DNA from: Octopus vulgaris
Lineage: Eukaryota
NCBI GenBank assembly: GCA_951406725.2
Contig: OX597817.1
Location: 75,020,001-75,084,000, forward strand
Length of the DNA: 64,000 nucleotides
Reading direction: 5' to 3'
Both the position numbers and the translations under genes were made by a program. Positions within the stretch are counted from its first letter, which is position 1. Every line of letters starts with the position of its first letter. This document shows, piece after piece, positions 35,263 to 48,893 of this stretch. Below the pieces are notes generated by a model, which worked only from the letters and a program-made list of their open reading frames with translations, was not told the origin of the DNA and did not search any database.

Positions 35263-36230
35263 GTCATATGATCAAGTTGACAATTTTCCTGCTTCAAACA
35301 ACAGAGTGCTATAAAATAATTTCCTTTAGCACACACACAAACACACACACACACACAGTAACTGTAGGTAAAACCTCTGTATGAATTATGTTATTTCTTG
35401 CTATGTGCACACACAAAATCACAGCTCAAATCCAATTGAGATCACCTTTTTCTATTCTGTAATTCATGTTTGTGATGAGCGTATTTAAAAACCTGATCTT
35501 TGATATAATTTTATAAGGAAGTTTTCCCAGAAATCCTGTCCTTTACCTGTTGTTTCTAACATACACGACAAGATATTTGCCTCCCCCCACCCGCTTCTTG
35601 CTTTTTTCTTTCCTAAATTTCTTCCGATTCATATGTTTTCAATACAGGAGATTAGGATTTTGCCCAAAATACACATTCTCAATATTTTAATTTTCTTACT
35701 CCCCATCCCAATTTCTTTATTTTTTTACTTTTTTTGAATTTTTTTCTTGGTAATCCTCAGAGATAAAAATAGTATGAATATTTAAGAATTTTCTTTCTTT
35801 TTTCTTAAAGAAACACTCAAATCTCCTTCCCAAGCATCAACCCATCACCTCACCACTTTCAAAAAGCTACAAACTCCGAATGTTTCACTTTTAGCTTTTT
35901 GGGAAGCAGGGAAGTTACTTTAGAAATAATGTCATTTATCTGTTGTTTCTAGCATGTTGGGTTTTCTGGTCGTGCTCCAGTATTTTTTTACATCTGCTAT
36001 TTCAGTGCAATTCTACACATGCATGAAACATCAGTTTGAAAACAGTATCTATAAAGCTAGTTTTTAAACATTGAGAGGCTATGGAGAAAAATAGTAATCA
36101 AAGGGGTCCATAAGTAAAAAATGCTTGAGACTCACTGGTTTACTTCATGAAATATTGCTTTCTTATATTGAGCTTAATTTCACGTATAAGGCTTACTGTA
36201 GGATTGTTTTTTATTTTTTGTCTATTTCAG

Positions 36231-36332
36231 TTGTTTTTCATGTTGTTTATTATTACCAAGAGACAGATTTCCCGCCTGACAATACGATCTGCCCGTAGAC
36301 CACACATCAATATTGGAACAGGAATACCAAAG
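36231..36332 (+). CDS. C1orf43: C1orf43/NICE-3 homolog, coding exon 2
   Basis: tttcag|...|gtaaga; 102 nt LFFMLFIITKRQISRLTIRSARRPHINIGTGIPK vs human VFVLLFIFVKRQIMRFAMKSRRGPHVPVGHNAPK. Confidence 0.93.
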
Positions 36333-36854
36333 GTAAGATCAACTGTCACAGTTTCTTGTATTTACACTTCTTCCTTTCTATTTCCTTCTTTCTTCAATTC
36401 TTTTATTGATTTTAGTTAGTGGATTGTGGCCATGCTGGAGTACCACTGCTTAGAGTACAGTTATATTGTTCTCAATGCTTATTTCATTATTTTATCAATC
36501 TGGATAATAAAGATCACCTCCTTCAATGTCCCCTCCCCTCTCAAATGTTCTTTGTCTTGCAAGTTACTTGGTAACCCTGCTAGTGCAGGCGCCATGTAAA
36601 AAACATCCAGTCCACACTGTAAAGTGGTTGGCATTTGGAAGGGCATCCAGCTGTAAAAACCATGCCAAAACAGATACAGAAGTCTGGTGCAGTCTCTGCT
36701 TGACCATCTCCTATCAAACCATTCAACCTATGCCAACATGGAAGGCAGACATTAAACAATGATGATGATATATATAAATATATGTGACCATGTGTGTATC
36801 GTTGGCGATTTTTTTTCCTCCGTCTTCTCTTCCTTGGATCTTTCCTTTTTCTAT

Positions 36855-36889
36855 GTTTCTGATGAAGAGCTCCACTCGAAATGTTAAAT
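36855..36889 (+). ncRNA. minimal hammerhead motif in a Penelope-like terminal fragment (~36785-36990), CpG-decayed
   Basis: GTTT-CTGATGA-A-GAGC-TCC-ACTC-GAAATGTT-AAAT; the surrounding sequence is the reverse complement of 27080-27283. Confidence 0.6.
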
Positions 36890-37545
36890 CCTACTTCTTT
36901 CTTTCTTTTCCTGAGCGTCCAATAACACTATACTTGTTCCACATCCTCACGTTGTGTTTTCATGTTTGGATTAACTATATATATATATATAACTCTTTCT
37001 ACTATAGGCACTAGGCCTGAAATTCTGGGGGTGGCTAATTGGTTACATTGATCCCAATTCTTGACTGGTACTTATTTTATCAATCCCAAAGGGATGAAAA
37101 GCAAAGTCAATCTCAGCAGAATTTGAACTCAGAATGTGAAGACTGACAAAATGCAACTAAGTATTTCTCCAGTATGCTGATGATTCTGCCAGCTCACTAC
37201 CTTGCACATTATCATCCTTTAACATCTGTTTTCATGCTGCTGGCATGAGTTGAATGGTTTGACCAGAGCTGGCAAAATGAAGAGCTGCACCAAATTCCAG
37301 TCTGATTTGGCTAGGTTTGATGCCCTTCCTAGTGCCGACCACTTTATAGTGTGTGTTGGGTGCTTTTAACATGGCATCAGCATGAGCACTTTTATGTGTG
37401 GCTGGCACAAGTACTTTTTACATGATACCAGCACGGGATTCTTGCAGGCCAATCCTCTTCATCAGTGGGAGTGACATTAACACTTCTGCTGTGAAGGAAG
37501 GGCCTTCTTGAATACAGCAAGTTGTCAGATACCTTGGTCCTTAAA

Positions 37546-37577
<32 letters not shown>

Positions 37578-37647
37578 CCACATACAGAAATGAGAATCAA
37601 GTTAGGCAAATCAATTCACATGTAATAGTACATATATTCAACCATAG

Positions 37648-38008
37648 ACCCAATATGCATAAATTTTTTAAACAATCTATTTAATGCATCAAACATATTA
37701 AAAATATATAGATATATAATATATATAGATATATAAATATATATAAATTTATCAATATATAAATACATTAAAAATATATTGGAAATATAAATACATATAA
37801 TAGATCGACTTGTAAAATAAAAACAATACCATAGAACTAGGTAAAAAGTTAAGAGTCCAGAAAAAGTCAAACAGAAAAGGTTTGGGTATTAATACTCAAA
37901 ACTTTTATGTTTGACTTACCAATATATTTCCAATATATTGATAAATCTATATATTTTTAATATGTTTGATGTATTAAATATATTTTAAAAATTTATGCAT
38001 ATTGGGAC
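37648..38008. repeat. AT-rich imperfect palindrome centred at 37890/37891
   Basis: Core 37864-37917 is self-complementary with 3 non-Watson-Crick pairs. Outer arms 37648-37790 and 37921-38008 match as reverse complements, with insertions in the left arm. Confidence 0.85.
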
Positions 38009-41000
38009 TTTAGTGGAATATATGTATTATTATATGTGAATTTATTTTCCTAACTTGATTCCCATTTCTATATTCATCTAACACCTCAAGTTCGAATATC
38101 TTGAGCACTTCAAAGTGCAGTCTGTACATTGGTAAAATAAATTTTAAAAAATTTTCTCTTTTAAATATAATTATATTTACACATATATATATATAAAATG
38201 TCAACATTATCATGATTTTCCATGCTAGGGTGGGTTGTCACAGTTTACATCAGTTTGTATTTGAAGCTACTGCCTTCTTGGATAAGTTAGAGTACTGCAT
38301 CTCATTCATGTCTCATTTTTGAATAGCTTTCTAAGGCTGGATACCCTTGCTATCACCAACCACCTTATGGAGTATAGTCGGGGCATTTCATCATGGCACC
38401 AGCTTTAGAATAGTTGTCATCTTTTGCCCCTACGTAATCTCTGCTTGTTCACAAACCACTTTACAAAGTGTATTGCGTACATTTTATTAAGGCATCAGCA
38501 TTAGTAAGGTTGCTTTGTAACCTCTGAGACTGTAGAGTCTTAAAGAGTACAGTTATTTAGTACTTGTACTCTCTATTTTATATTTGTATGATGTGTTTAT
38601 ATATGTACACATGCACGCGCACACACACACACGCACAAACCCATCCACCACAGCAAAATTGATACCAATGTGGGTACCACATAAAAAGCACTGGTACTGG
38701 TGTTATATAAAAAGCACCCAGTACACTCTGTGGAGTGATTGGCATTAGGAAAGACATCCAGTCGTAGAAACCATGCCAGAACAAACAATGGGGACTGGTG
38801 CTGCCTCTGGCCTTACCAGCTCTGGTTGAATCATCCAACCATACCAGCATGGAAAACATGTTAAATAATGATGATGATGATATACACATATGTGCAAGCA
38901 TTTCTATACATCTATACACACACATGCATATATATGTATCATCATCATCATCATCATTTTAATGTCACATGAATCAGATGGAATTTGTTTGGGGAAATTT
39001 TATATGGCAAGAAGCCCTTTCTCTTGCCAACCCTCATCTGTTTCCAAGTAATCGAATATTACAACAAGACTGGACACGTTTTCATGATTGGAAACAAAGG
39101 ACACTGCTTGTAAACAGTGACATTCATATATACTTACGTATACACACACATACAAACATTCATCCAGTTTCCTTCAACTGAACTTCACTCCCAACACTGG
39201 TCAATCTAGAACTATAATGGGAGACACTTGTTCAAGGTGCAGTATAGTGGACTTAAATCTGAAACCATGTGATTGTGATGTGAACTTCTTAACCATGCTT
39301 CTACTGCCTGAAATTTTGGGTCTTATCAGCTTAGATTCTGTTCATCGGTAGTCCTTAGATTTTTCTCTAAATCAATTATTATTATTAGATCTGTGGAAAA
39401 ACTGAAGAAGTCTCATATTTCAGAAATATAAAACGGCATGGTTGAATGGACATGGTATTGGATACCATGTCCCAAGTCCTAAGTCCCAGGTCATCCAAGA
39501 TAGATTGGCACCATGTCCCAATAAATATTTATCTCTCATCTGCTTAATATCAACTAAATACTGGCTCTTAGAAGACCATTGGTACTTAGGATGCATACAC
39601 CAAAGGAATTAATTGCATGAGAGGGTGAGAGAGAGGGGGAGGGAGGGAAGGAGAGAGTATGTCAGAGAGAGAGAGAGAGAGAAAGAGTGTGTGATGAGAG
39701 AATAATAGGCAGGGATAAGGATTTATATATGTTATGTATGTATATGATATGATATATATATATATATATAATGATCATCATCTAATGTACTTTTAGGTTG
39801 CATATATATATATATATATATATCATAAATAATACTCTTCAATAACATAGAAGAAAGAAACCATCACAAAAGACATTATGCTATGAATAGTTTCTATACA
39901 CATACGTACACACGATACTTATTAACACAGATAACAACTCTTGAAAGTTGCTAATGCCAAAAAGTTGTATATACCGTCTGATAAGGCAAATAAAAGCACA
40001 AATGATAAATAATACTTCGCAGCTGATTGGTCTGCTGGACTAAACTACTCATTTTTTCACCCAGGATGTAAAACAAAGGTCTATTCTTTGTTTGGCTAAG
40101 ACTAAAGGAACTTGAGTAAAGCAATGCATATGCCAGAGTTTGAAATTTATGATGTATGTGTTCATACTTGTACTGGTATAGGTGTTCACTTGGAATGAGT
40201 CAAGCTAGCTCTAACTAATGAATCCACAGCATTGCAAACAGAAGCACACCACATTTAGCAATCATTGATGTCTGACATGAATATCATAAACCAGTCACTG
40301 TTCCAACAGCAGATGTATATGCGAGGACCAGATATTGATACAAGTTCCATTTTAATTATATTGAACCTGTTTTTTCTGACTGTACATCTCACTGTTTACA
40401 CCATGCTTGGATGGTGTCTTTTGAACAAAGATGTAAGAGATGCATTAATTGTGCATGTGGTGCATTCCAAGCCAACTTTGATCTAGGTTGAGGATGAATG
40501 TAGTCACAAAAATGTGCATCTAGCATGTGATCATTCACATCATTCTGCTGTATAATTGTAAGTTGTTGCCATTGAAAGAGGCAGACTGAGACAAGGTAGA
40601 GGTATTTGACTATTTTTTGCCTTTGCTGAATCCTCTAGGTTTGTGCTTTGGATTTTGTATCAAATTTCAAAATTCTTCACTATTATCAGATCAGTTCCTC
40701 CACTTGATACATAATCTCATTCAACTAATTCTCTTTTTACCTCTGAAGCTTCTAGCGGTCACTCATCCTGCTAAAAATATCAAAAATCCCACTTGTATCA
40801 CACCCTATAAAAAATTCCACAACATTTTGGATATTGTTGTCCAAGTGAAACTATGCACAAGAAAAAGATTGGCTGGTCTTGGTTATAACTCCTTTGAACA
40901 TAGGTCAGCTTGATCAGGGCTAACAACTAACTCCTTCTGTCTCTTCTACTTCAAAAGATTTCTTATTTTCTTTGATCAGTGAGGTTTCTTATTGACCATG

Positions 41001-41444
41001 GAGCAATCCTTTATCTTTTCTAATTCATCATCATTGTTTTAATGGCTACTTTTCCATGCTTACATGGGTCAGGTGAGAGTAAGTTTTTCTGTAGCCAGAT
41101 GCCCTTCCTGTTGCTAACACTCACTTCTTTCCAACAGAGCTAATAATCTAGTCTATCAGATAATAATCCTAGTCTGTCAAACAACAAACAGCCCAAACAT
41201 GTTTTATGCAGAGAATTGGAAAGAAAAGACACAATATGAGCAAGCCTTTTGTTGGTAAAGATCATACAACATGTCAAGACAAGTCCAAAAGCCTAGACCA
41301 CATGCAAATGACACCTTCAGAAAACCATTGTTTACAAACCAATGAACACAAGGGAAATAGGAACTCACTCACACAAACTTACATACCAGCTCCCCACCTT
41401 AAACTATCTATTATATTAAAATGGTAATGTCAATGTCATGCTAA

Positions 41445-41824
41445 TCTGTCACACTGTTTGTGAAATGCAGCCATGTTTGAAGCAGTTGTACTCCTCCTTG
41501 ATCTGAGCTTTGCCCATGGTATCATTGCCAAAGTCCTGCTGGATCTTCTGGACGGTTTTAGCTTAAGTGTCACTAAGCTTTTGGCAAAACTTGATGCAAT
41601 ATCTCTGCTTGATGTATTTGGTTATTTTGCATGAAAACGAAAATCTGACTAGTGTGCACTACATGTCTGTACTGTAGGTGTAACAGCCAGGAACTGATGT
41701 GGCCTACCAGTGTGAAAATATTAACACATGCACAGGAAGGGTGGCATCGTCTCCTACCCAAAGGATTTTGCCTATGCAACATTGGTTTTGGAAGGAAAGT
41801 CACATACTTTTTGAATGCACCTTG
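41445..41824 (-). mobile_element. 5' fragment of a mariner element
   Basis: TA|CAAGGTGCATTCAAAAAGTATGTGAC terminus; peptide KQRYCIKFCQKLSDT*AKTVQKIQQDFGNDTMGKAQIKE. Confidence 0.78.
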
Positions 41825-41959
41825 TATATTTGTATGTGTGTGTGTAACAATATAACATTTAAAGTGTTATTATTAATACCTGGTGATGGTTTCTAATTAA
41901 ACCATGAACTATTCACTGTCAGTTTTATATATTTATGTATCAATGTAATTTGATTTCAG

Positions 41960-42077
41960 AGTCTACAGAAAGAAATCCAACGAAGACTTCACCATGTAAA
42001 AAATATAAAATTTGAACCAACATTGCTTCAAAAATCCTCAAATGACACTGAAAATGATATGTGTTCAGATTCAGTTG
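41960..42077 (+). CDS. C1orf43: C1orf43/NICE-3 homolog, coding exon 3
   Basis: tttcag|SLQKEIQRRLHHVKNIKFEPTLLQKSSNDTENDMCSDSV(G)|gtaagt vs human DLKEEIDIRLSRVQDIKYEPQLL; 118 nt, ends in phase 1. Confidence 0.93.
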
Positions 42078-45000
42078 GTAAGTTCAAGGCAGTTTTTTTT
42101 AATATTTACATTCTTTTAACTCTTTTAATGTCAACTCACCTAAGACTGCCTCCGATTCTTTAGTACAAATCCACCTGTTTTGTATTGTATTGAAGTTAAA
42201 TCCTTCTATCATAATTATAATTGAAAATCTTTCTGCTATGTTATGTTCCAAATGTCAGGTTTCATATACCACTAAATGGAAAAGGTAATATGCTTAATCT
42301 GACCAAGTTCTTCATTTGCCGTCATCTTTTAGCATCCATCTTCCATGCTGGTATGGTTTTGATGATTTTACAGTATTTGCTGGATCTGAGAACTGCATCA
42401 TGTATCAGTATCTGCTTTGGCATGGTTTCTGTGGTCCAGTGCCCTTCCTAACACTAACCACTTTACAGAGTCTGATGGCAACTATTTTTGTAGCATCAAC
42501 ACTAGTGAGGTCACCTTGTAGCTTGCAAGACTAACAGCTCCTTTGACTGAGTGGGGCTACAATAGAGAGGGAGGTGGTTTATACCAGGTGACAGAGGTTA
42601 AAGTTTGAAAGAAACAGCCAGGTTTCTTGCTTTAAAAGAACATGACTACTTACATAATACAAGAGTGAGTAAGAGTAATATTTGGAACTATCATCTCAGT
42701 CATATTGCCTTGTATATACATACCTTATCCAGAATACTGATTTCTCCTATCATTCCTTCTCCAATTACATATGATTCCTGTCACTATCATTTATGCCTCT
42801 TTCATTTATGCTTCTCTCTCTCTAATGAGACTGTCAATTGTATAGAGACACAGAGGCTTGTATTAGTCTTACTCGAGATATGACACTTCTCCAGTGCTGG
42901 TGCCACGAGAAAGCACTTGATAAACTCTGTTAAGTGCTTGTTGTTAGAACGGGCATGCAGCCATTGAAATCAAGCTGAAAATGAAATGCTTGCAAGATTG
43001 GGTCTGACTGACCTATCAAGATGAGTAGTAGCCCTCGAATATGTGCTGAATTTGACCATGCTGATCCATCCAATTGATGTTGGTATGGAAAGTGGGTTTA
43101 AAACAATGGTGGCAGCTTGGATTTTTTTTTATGTCTAAATTCAGTCTTTAATTGATTCTTAAAATAAGTGCAGCTACATTGTCTTAACATCCATTTTACA
43201 ATGCTTGCATGGATTGGATGCAGTATGTTGAGGCAGATTTTCTATAGCTGGATGCCCTTCCTGTTGTCAACCCTCACCTGTTTCCAAGTGAGGTAACATT
43301 CTCCCATGGCCAGACATATTTCCACACATTATTACAAGTGAACTACACTGCTTCTTTGACAGTGATAGTCATTTACAACTAGTCACGTAATGTACAAGAA
43401 AACATAAACATACACACACATGCAGGCAGACACACACACACATACACACACACACTGGGCTTCTTTCACTTTCCATCTACAAAATCCACTCACAAAGCTT
43501 TGGTTGGCCTAGAACTATAGTAAAAGACACTTGCCCAAAGTGCCATACAGTGGGACTGAACCCAAAACCATGTGGCTGGGAAGCAAACTACTTAACCACA
43601 AAGCTATGCCATTCAAGAAAATGCAAAAAATCTGGGATAGAAATTTATAAAAGAAAGTAAAACTGTTGTTGATCTTTGAGATTTGACTGACTGTAAAAAG
43701 CTTCTAATCTATTTATTTAATTTTAAAAATTTTCAATAGAATAGAAATGAACTTTTTGTGATTATGCTCATGTTGAAGGTGCATTTATGAAACAGTCCAA
43801 CCAAATGTAGGTTACAAAAATTCAGTCGCAATTTCCTTACTTCTAAGGAAAATTTCCGTTTTCATATGTTTACAGAGAAAGGATTAGAGTGAATAAAAAG
43901 ATTATACTTCTTAATCTAATTATAAACAATGGTTGATAGATATCTTCTTATTGTACTAGCTGGACTAAGACTTATGGAAATTTGCCATACAACATACCCA
44001 GTCAACCCATGCCATCATAAAACAAAGTGTGTTAAAATAGTGATGACAGCAATAATAATGATTATAAACAATTTTAAAAATAGATCATCATGTTGTTCTG
44101 AGTTTAAATTCTGCTAAGATTGACTTGGATTTGTCACAAAGTAAATTGGATTATATGATATGAAAGTAAATCATTGACTTTTGGGACTACTCTGACATTT
44201 GATAAAATAATTCCTTGCTGTATGTTTACTTGGCCAACACTTCCTTCTATACTTATTATTATTTTTTATTTAGTTGGATAAAGAGAGTATTTTTTTATGA
44301 CATGTTTATAGGCCATCTTAGATTGGCAGTTGGTCTTCAGTTTGAACTTCTGAAGGTGAATGCCTGAATAGTTGATTTTGGCAAAGTGTGTATTACAAGG
44401 CTTTCAATGTGATAGATAGTATAGATGATAAGAAGAGACTGGTACATTGCTTCATTTTAGATAGTATGCAGTTTGTTAGTTCAGAAGAGTAGAAGTGACA
44501 GAGAGAAGAAACATCATGTTTGTGGGTTAGTAGTTATGACATATGAGCGACTGTATTGTTGCCAGTCAGAAGGCAGAGCCTCTTTTAATTCTTTTGTATG
44601 CAGTTGAGACTGCATAATGTAGTGTCAACACCATTTTAGATGCTACTAAAAGTGGTTTATGCTCATGACACAGACACAGAGATGCACTAGTGAGAATATT
44701 CCTAAAAACTACATTTCCTTTTTGCATGTCACATGTCCCCTGACCATCACACCTGTCCATACTCAACCCTTATAATGGTGGGTAGCCCTAGACTCCCCCT
44801 TTTAGACATCCCTGTCTGTCACTTTTTCAACTGCACCTCTCCCTTTTTTCCATCGTCACTAATCCCTTCCCTCTCCCCTGTTCCTTGTCATACTCTCACA
44901 ACCTTCCTTCTTACTGTCCATTCCCTCATCTTTCTACCTAGGGTTATTGCACACTCTCTCTTCTGTTCTCACTCAGTTATAGGGGCTACTTTAGGACCTT

Positions 45001-46309
45001 AGCTTTCCAAGTTATTAGGTGACCATCACTAGTACTGGTGCCATGGAAAAAGCACCCAGTACACTCTGCCTTGTGGTTGATGCTCAGAAGGGCATCCAGC
45101 TACAAAAAAATCCAAAGAAGACATCAGTGCATGATACATTCCTATGATTCATCCAACCCATTCCAGAATGGAAATCAAATATTAAATGATGGTGGTGATG
45201 ATTTATTTAAACAGACTTTGATGTAAACTGAATGTATTAGCTGCTAATTTGAGCTTTTACATGTTCTCTTAAAATTCCATCTGTTCACATTTGAAACCAA
45301 TATTACTTGAAATCTTAAAGTATGTTATTTTATAGTGCAACTTGGAGTGGATAAATACTGCAACAATGCTGGTTTTTCTAAATGTCAATGATGATTTATT
45401 GTTAGAAAACTTACAAGTTTTACTGGTTTTCTCATTGATATTCTTTTCACAAGTATTGTCAATATATGTTGAGGAAAGAATCATGCACAAACACTTCCAC
45501 ATAAATACATACACTCACATGCACATAAATACTCACACACACACACACACACTTATCCATCTACCTTCCTCTATCTCTGATACTTCATCACCACCCTCTT
45601 CTCTGTCTTTTCACTTACATCTACCCACTTGCCCTTATATAATGTGTTGTAGCCATGTATCTTTTCTTCAGTCAGATACCAGTTCTTGTCCCTCCACCAT
45701 ACCTTAACCTCTCAGCACCTGACATAATGCCACCTCCTACTCTACTACATCCTCACTTAGCTGAGTGAGGGTTTCATTTTCTTGTGAGTTGCTTGACAAC
45801 ATCACTGGTGCTAGTGTCACATAAAAAGCACCCAGTACACTCTGTAAAGTGGTTGGCATTAGCAAGGGCATCCAACTATAGAAAACCCTTCCAGACTCAT
45901 TGGATCCTGTTGAATCATTCAACCCATGTCAGCATTGAGTTCAGACAGTAAATGATCACACACACACATACACACATCAAGCTTCCACACATTTTCCATT
46001 TACCAAATTCAGCTCACAAGGAATTAGTTAACTCGACATGATGACAGAAGACACTTTCCTAAGGTATTTTGAAGTGGAATTGAACCCAAATCGCATAAGT
46101 TTTGAACCCTAACCACTTGGGTTATGAAGTGAGCTTCTTAATGACTCAGCTGTATTTATCCCTTGAGACAATTTAGATACCATCCCTGCTCTGCCACTAA
46201 ACATTCCAATTTGTATGTGTCACCTGTGAATTTTATTTAAATGTTTTCTATCACATTTTGAATTATTCATTAAAATTATTTGGCTGGAAATTTTGTGTGT
46301 GAGTGTTTA

Positions 46310-47450
46310 TCATCATCAGCATCGTCATCATCATCTATTAACGCCCGTTATCCATGCTGACATGGGTTGGACGGTTTGACCAGGGCTGGTAAGCTGGAAG
46401 GCTGCACTAGACTCCAGTCTGATTTGGCATGGCTTCTACAGCTTGATGCCCTTCGTAATGCCAACCACTCTGAGAGTGTAATGGGTGCTTTTACATGCCA
46501 TTTATGTGACACCAGTATCTGCCATGAATACCATTTCACTTGGTTTGATGGGTCTTCTTCTCAAGCACAGCATATTGCCAAAAGTCATTGCCTGTGTGAG
46601 GCCCAAAGTCTGAAGATCATGCTTCACCACCTTGAAAGGTGCTTTTCATGTGCTACCAGCACGACATTGGCTCAGCTACATTGCTTTTGTGAGGTCCAAT
46701 ACTTGACAGGTGCTTTTTACATGCCATCAGCATGGGTGCCAGATGCCTCTGTGAGGCTCAACACTCAAAAGGTGCTTTTCACATGCCACCAGCACAGGTG
46801 TCAGTTGTGCATCACCGGCATCAGCCATATTGCCTCTGTGAGGCTCCATACTCAACAGGTGCTTTTTATATGCCACCAGCATCAGCCACATTGCTTCAGT
46901 GAGGCCCAACACTCGAAAGGTGCTTTTTATGTGCCACTGTCACAGGTGCCAATTACATGACACTGGCATCGGCCTCGGCTATGATTTCACTTAGCTTGAC
47001 GGGTCTTCTCAAGCATGGCATATCACCAAAGGTCTCAGTCACTAGTCATTGCCTCTATGAAATCCAACCTTCAAAGATCATACTTCACCACCTTGTACCA
47101 TGTTTTCCTGAGTTTACCTCTTCCACAGGTTCCCATCAGAGTTAGAGATCGGCACTTCTTCACACAACTGTCCTCGTCCATATGCAGCACATGACCATAC
47201 TAACGCAGTTGTCTCTCTTGCACACCACATTTGATGCCTCTTATGCAGACACTTACACTCTGTCATACATGCACGCTGGTATTGTACATCCATCAAAATA
47301 TACTAGCTTCATTTCTTTCAAGCCTACGCATGTCCTTGGTGGTCACAGCCCATGTTTCACTGCCATATAGCACAGCTATTCACACACAAGCATCAAACAA
47401 TTTGCCTTTTGCTCTGAGGGAGAGACCCTTTGTTGCCAACAGAGGTAAGG
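46310..47450 (-). mobile_element. RTE LINE 3' fragment with an expanded tandem-repeat 3' UTR
   Basis: (CAT)n tail at 46310-46335 and the family 3' UTR. Five ~45-bp cores TTGCCTCTGTGAGGC.CAA.ACTC.AAAGGTGCTTTT at 46588-46950, then an ORF remnant (LPLLATKGLSLRAKGKLFDACV). Confidence 0.85.
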
Positions 47451-47613
47451 CATTGCAAAACTAATAACTTGGTGCAGAACTTCAATATACATATGCTTCA
47501 GAATAAAACACTAGTTGAGTACAGAGCAGTAATAAGAAAATGAGATGACAAAGGAATAAATGATTGTTTTATGAACATCATAACATAATCATTTATTCCT
47601 TTATCATCATTTT

Positions 47614-47655
<42 letters not shown>

Positions 47656-48511
47656 AAAAGTTGTTCCAATTATCAAGAATGGGAATGAAATCTTAGACTT
47701 TTTTATACCACCAGCTAATATTTCCTTTTCTATGATGAATTGCTATGACTAAAAAAGTAAAATTTAATTTTCTTTGCACCTCAGTGTATCTTTGACATAA
47801 TAGACATACATTTGTGTTTACTAATTTTAGGATTTATTTGCCAGAAATTGTTGAATACAACTAACTGTTGTGTGATTTAGATTTTCGTACCTCTCTATCA
47901 GACATTGACAATTTGCAGGTCATATGCGACCTGCAGGCGTTTCTTAATAACACATATAATGAAAAATTACTGTGAACTTTTTGGGCTGTGTGGCTTGCTG
48001 AATGATGAGCTACATGTCTCATATATCCCACTTCTCAAAAAAGGCTCTCCATATCTGCTCTGTGTATGAGTTGAAATCTCATTGCCTTCCATCTTTACAG
48101 TATCTATAAAGACTAGGACCAAAAACATAAATATCAGAGCCTATTCAATCAATTACATCCTCTTACCTGATAAAAAAAATACCTTCTCTGTACATATGAA
48201 AAGAAAATTGTGTCGTTGTTGTGGTATACTGGAGCATCAGGCTCATACTTATCGAAAGTAGTGAAAAGTGATAATTGAATGCTCGAGAATCTGAGACAGT
48301 TACTTCCCTTACTTAACTACTGCTATACAAATAGGACTGTGTTATGATAGTGGGTCCATTTTAAAGACGTTATTTCTAGAAAGAATTCAATTGTCTTCTC
48401 ATGGACAGTCTTTTTTATTTTAAGTGCATGTAGTTATCTTCTTCTTTCAGTGAGACAGTTTTGGTAGAGAAGAGATTATAATTTGATTTAGTATTGTAAA
48501 AATGTTAAGAT

Positions 48512-48893
48512 AGGCGTAGGAGTGGCTGTGTGGTAAGTAGCTTGCTTACGAACCACATTGTTCCGGGTTCAGTCCCATTGCATGGCACCTTGGGTAAGTG
48601 TCTTCTACTATAGCCTCGGGCCGACCAAAGCCTTGTGAGTGAATTTGGTAGACGGAAACTGAAAGTAGCCCGTCGTATATATGTATGTACATGTTTGTCC
48701 CCCCAACATAGCTTGACAACCAATGCTGGTGTGTTTACGTCCCCGTAACTTAGCGGTTCAGCAAAATAGAGACCGATAAAATAAGTACTAGGCTTACAAA
48801 GAATAGGTCCTGGGTCGATTTGATCAACTAAAGGCAGTGCTCCAGCATGGCCACAGTCACATGACTGAAACAAGTAAAAGAGTAAAAAGAGAG
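48512..48893 (+). mobile_element. tRNA-derived (CORE-type) SINE, full length
   Basis: Colinear with 30882-31270. Confidence 0.85.

Noticed and set aside
39448-39472. 11-bp hairpin GGACATGGTAT-TGG-ATACCATGTCC
   Set aside because: Isolated; probably the subterminal remnant of a decayed MITE, with no further supporting structure.
46588-46950. Repeat-spacer-like array resembling CRISPR
   Set aside because: Eukaryotic context, degenerate repeats, linkers related to each other and to the RTE 3' UTR, and no cas genes.
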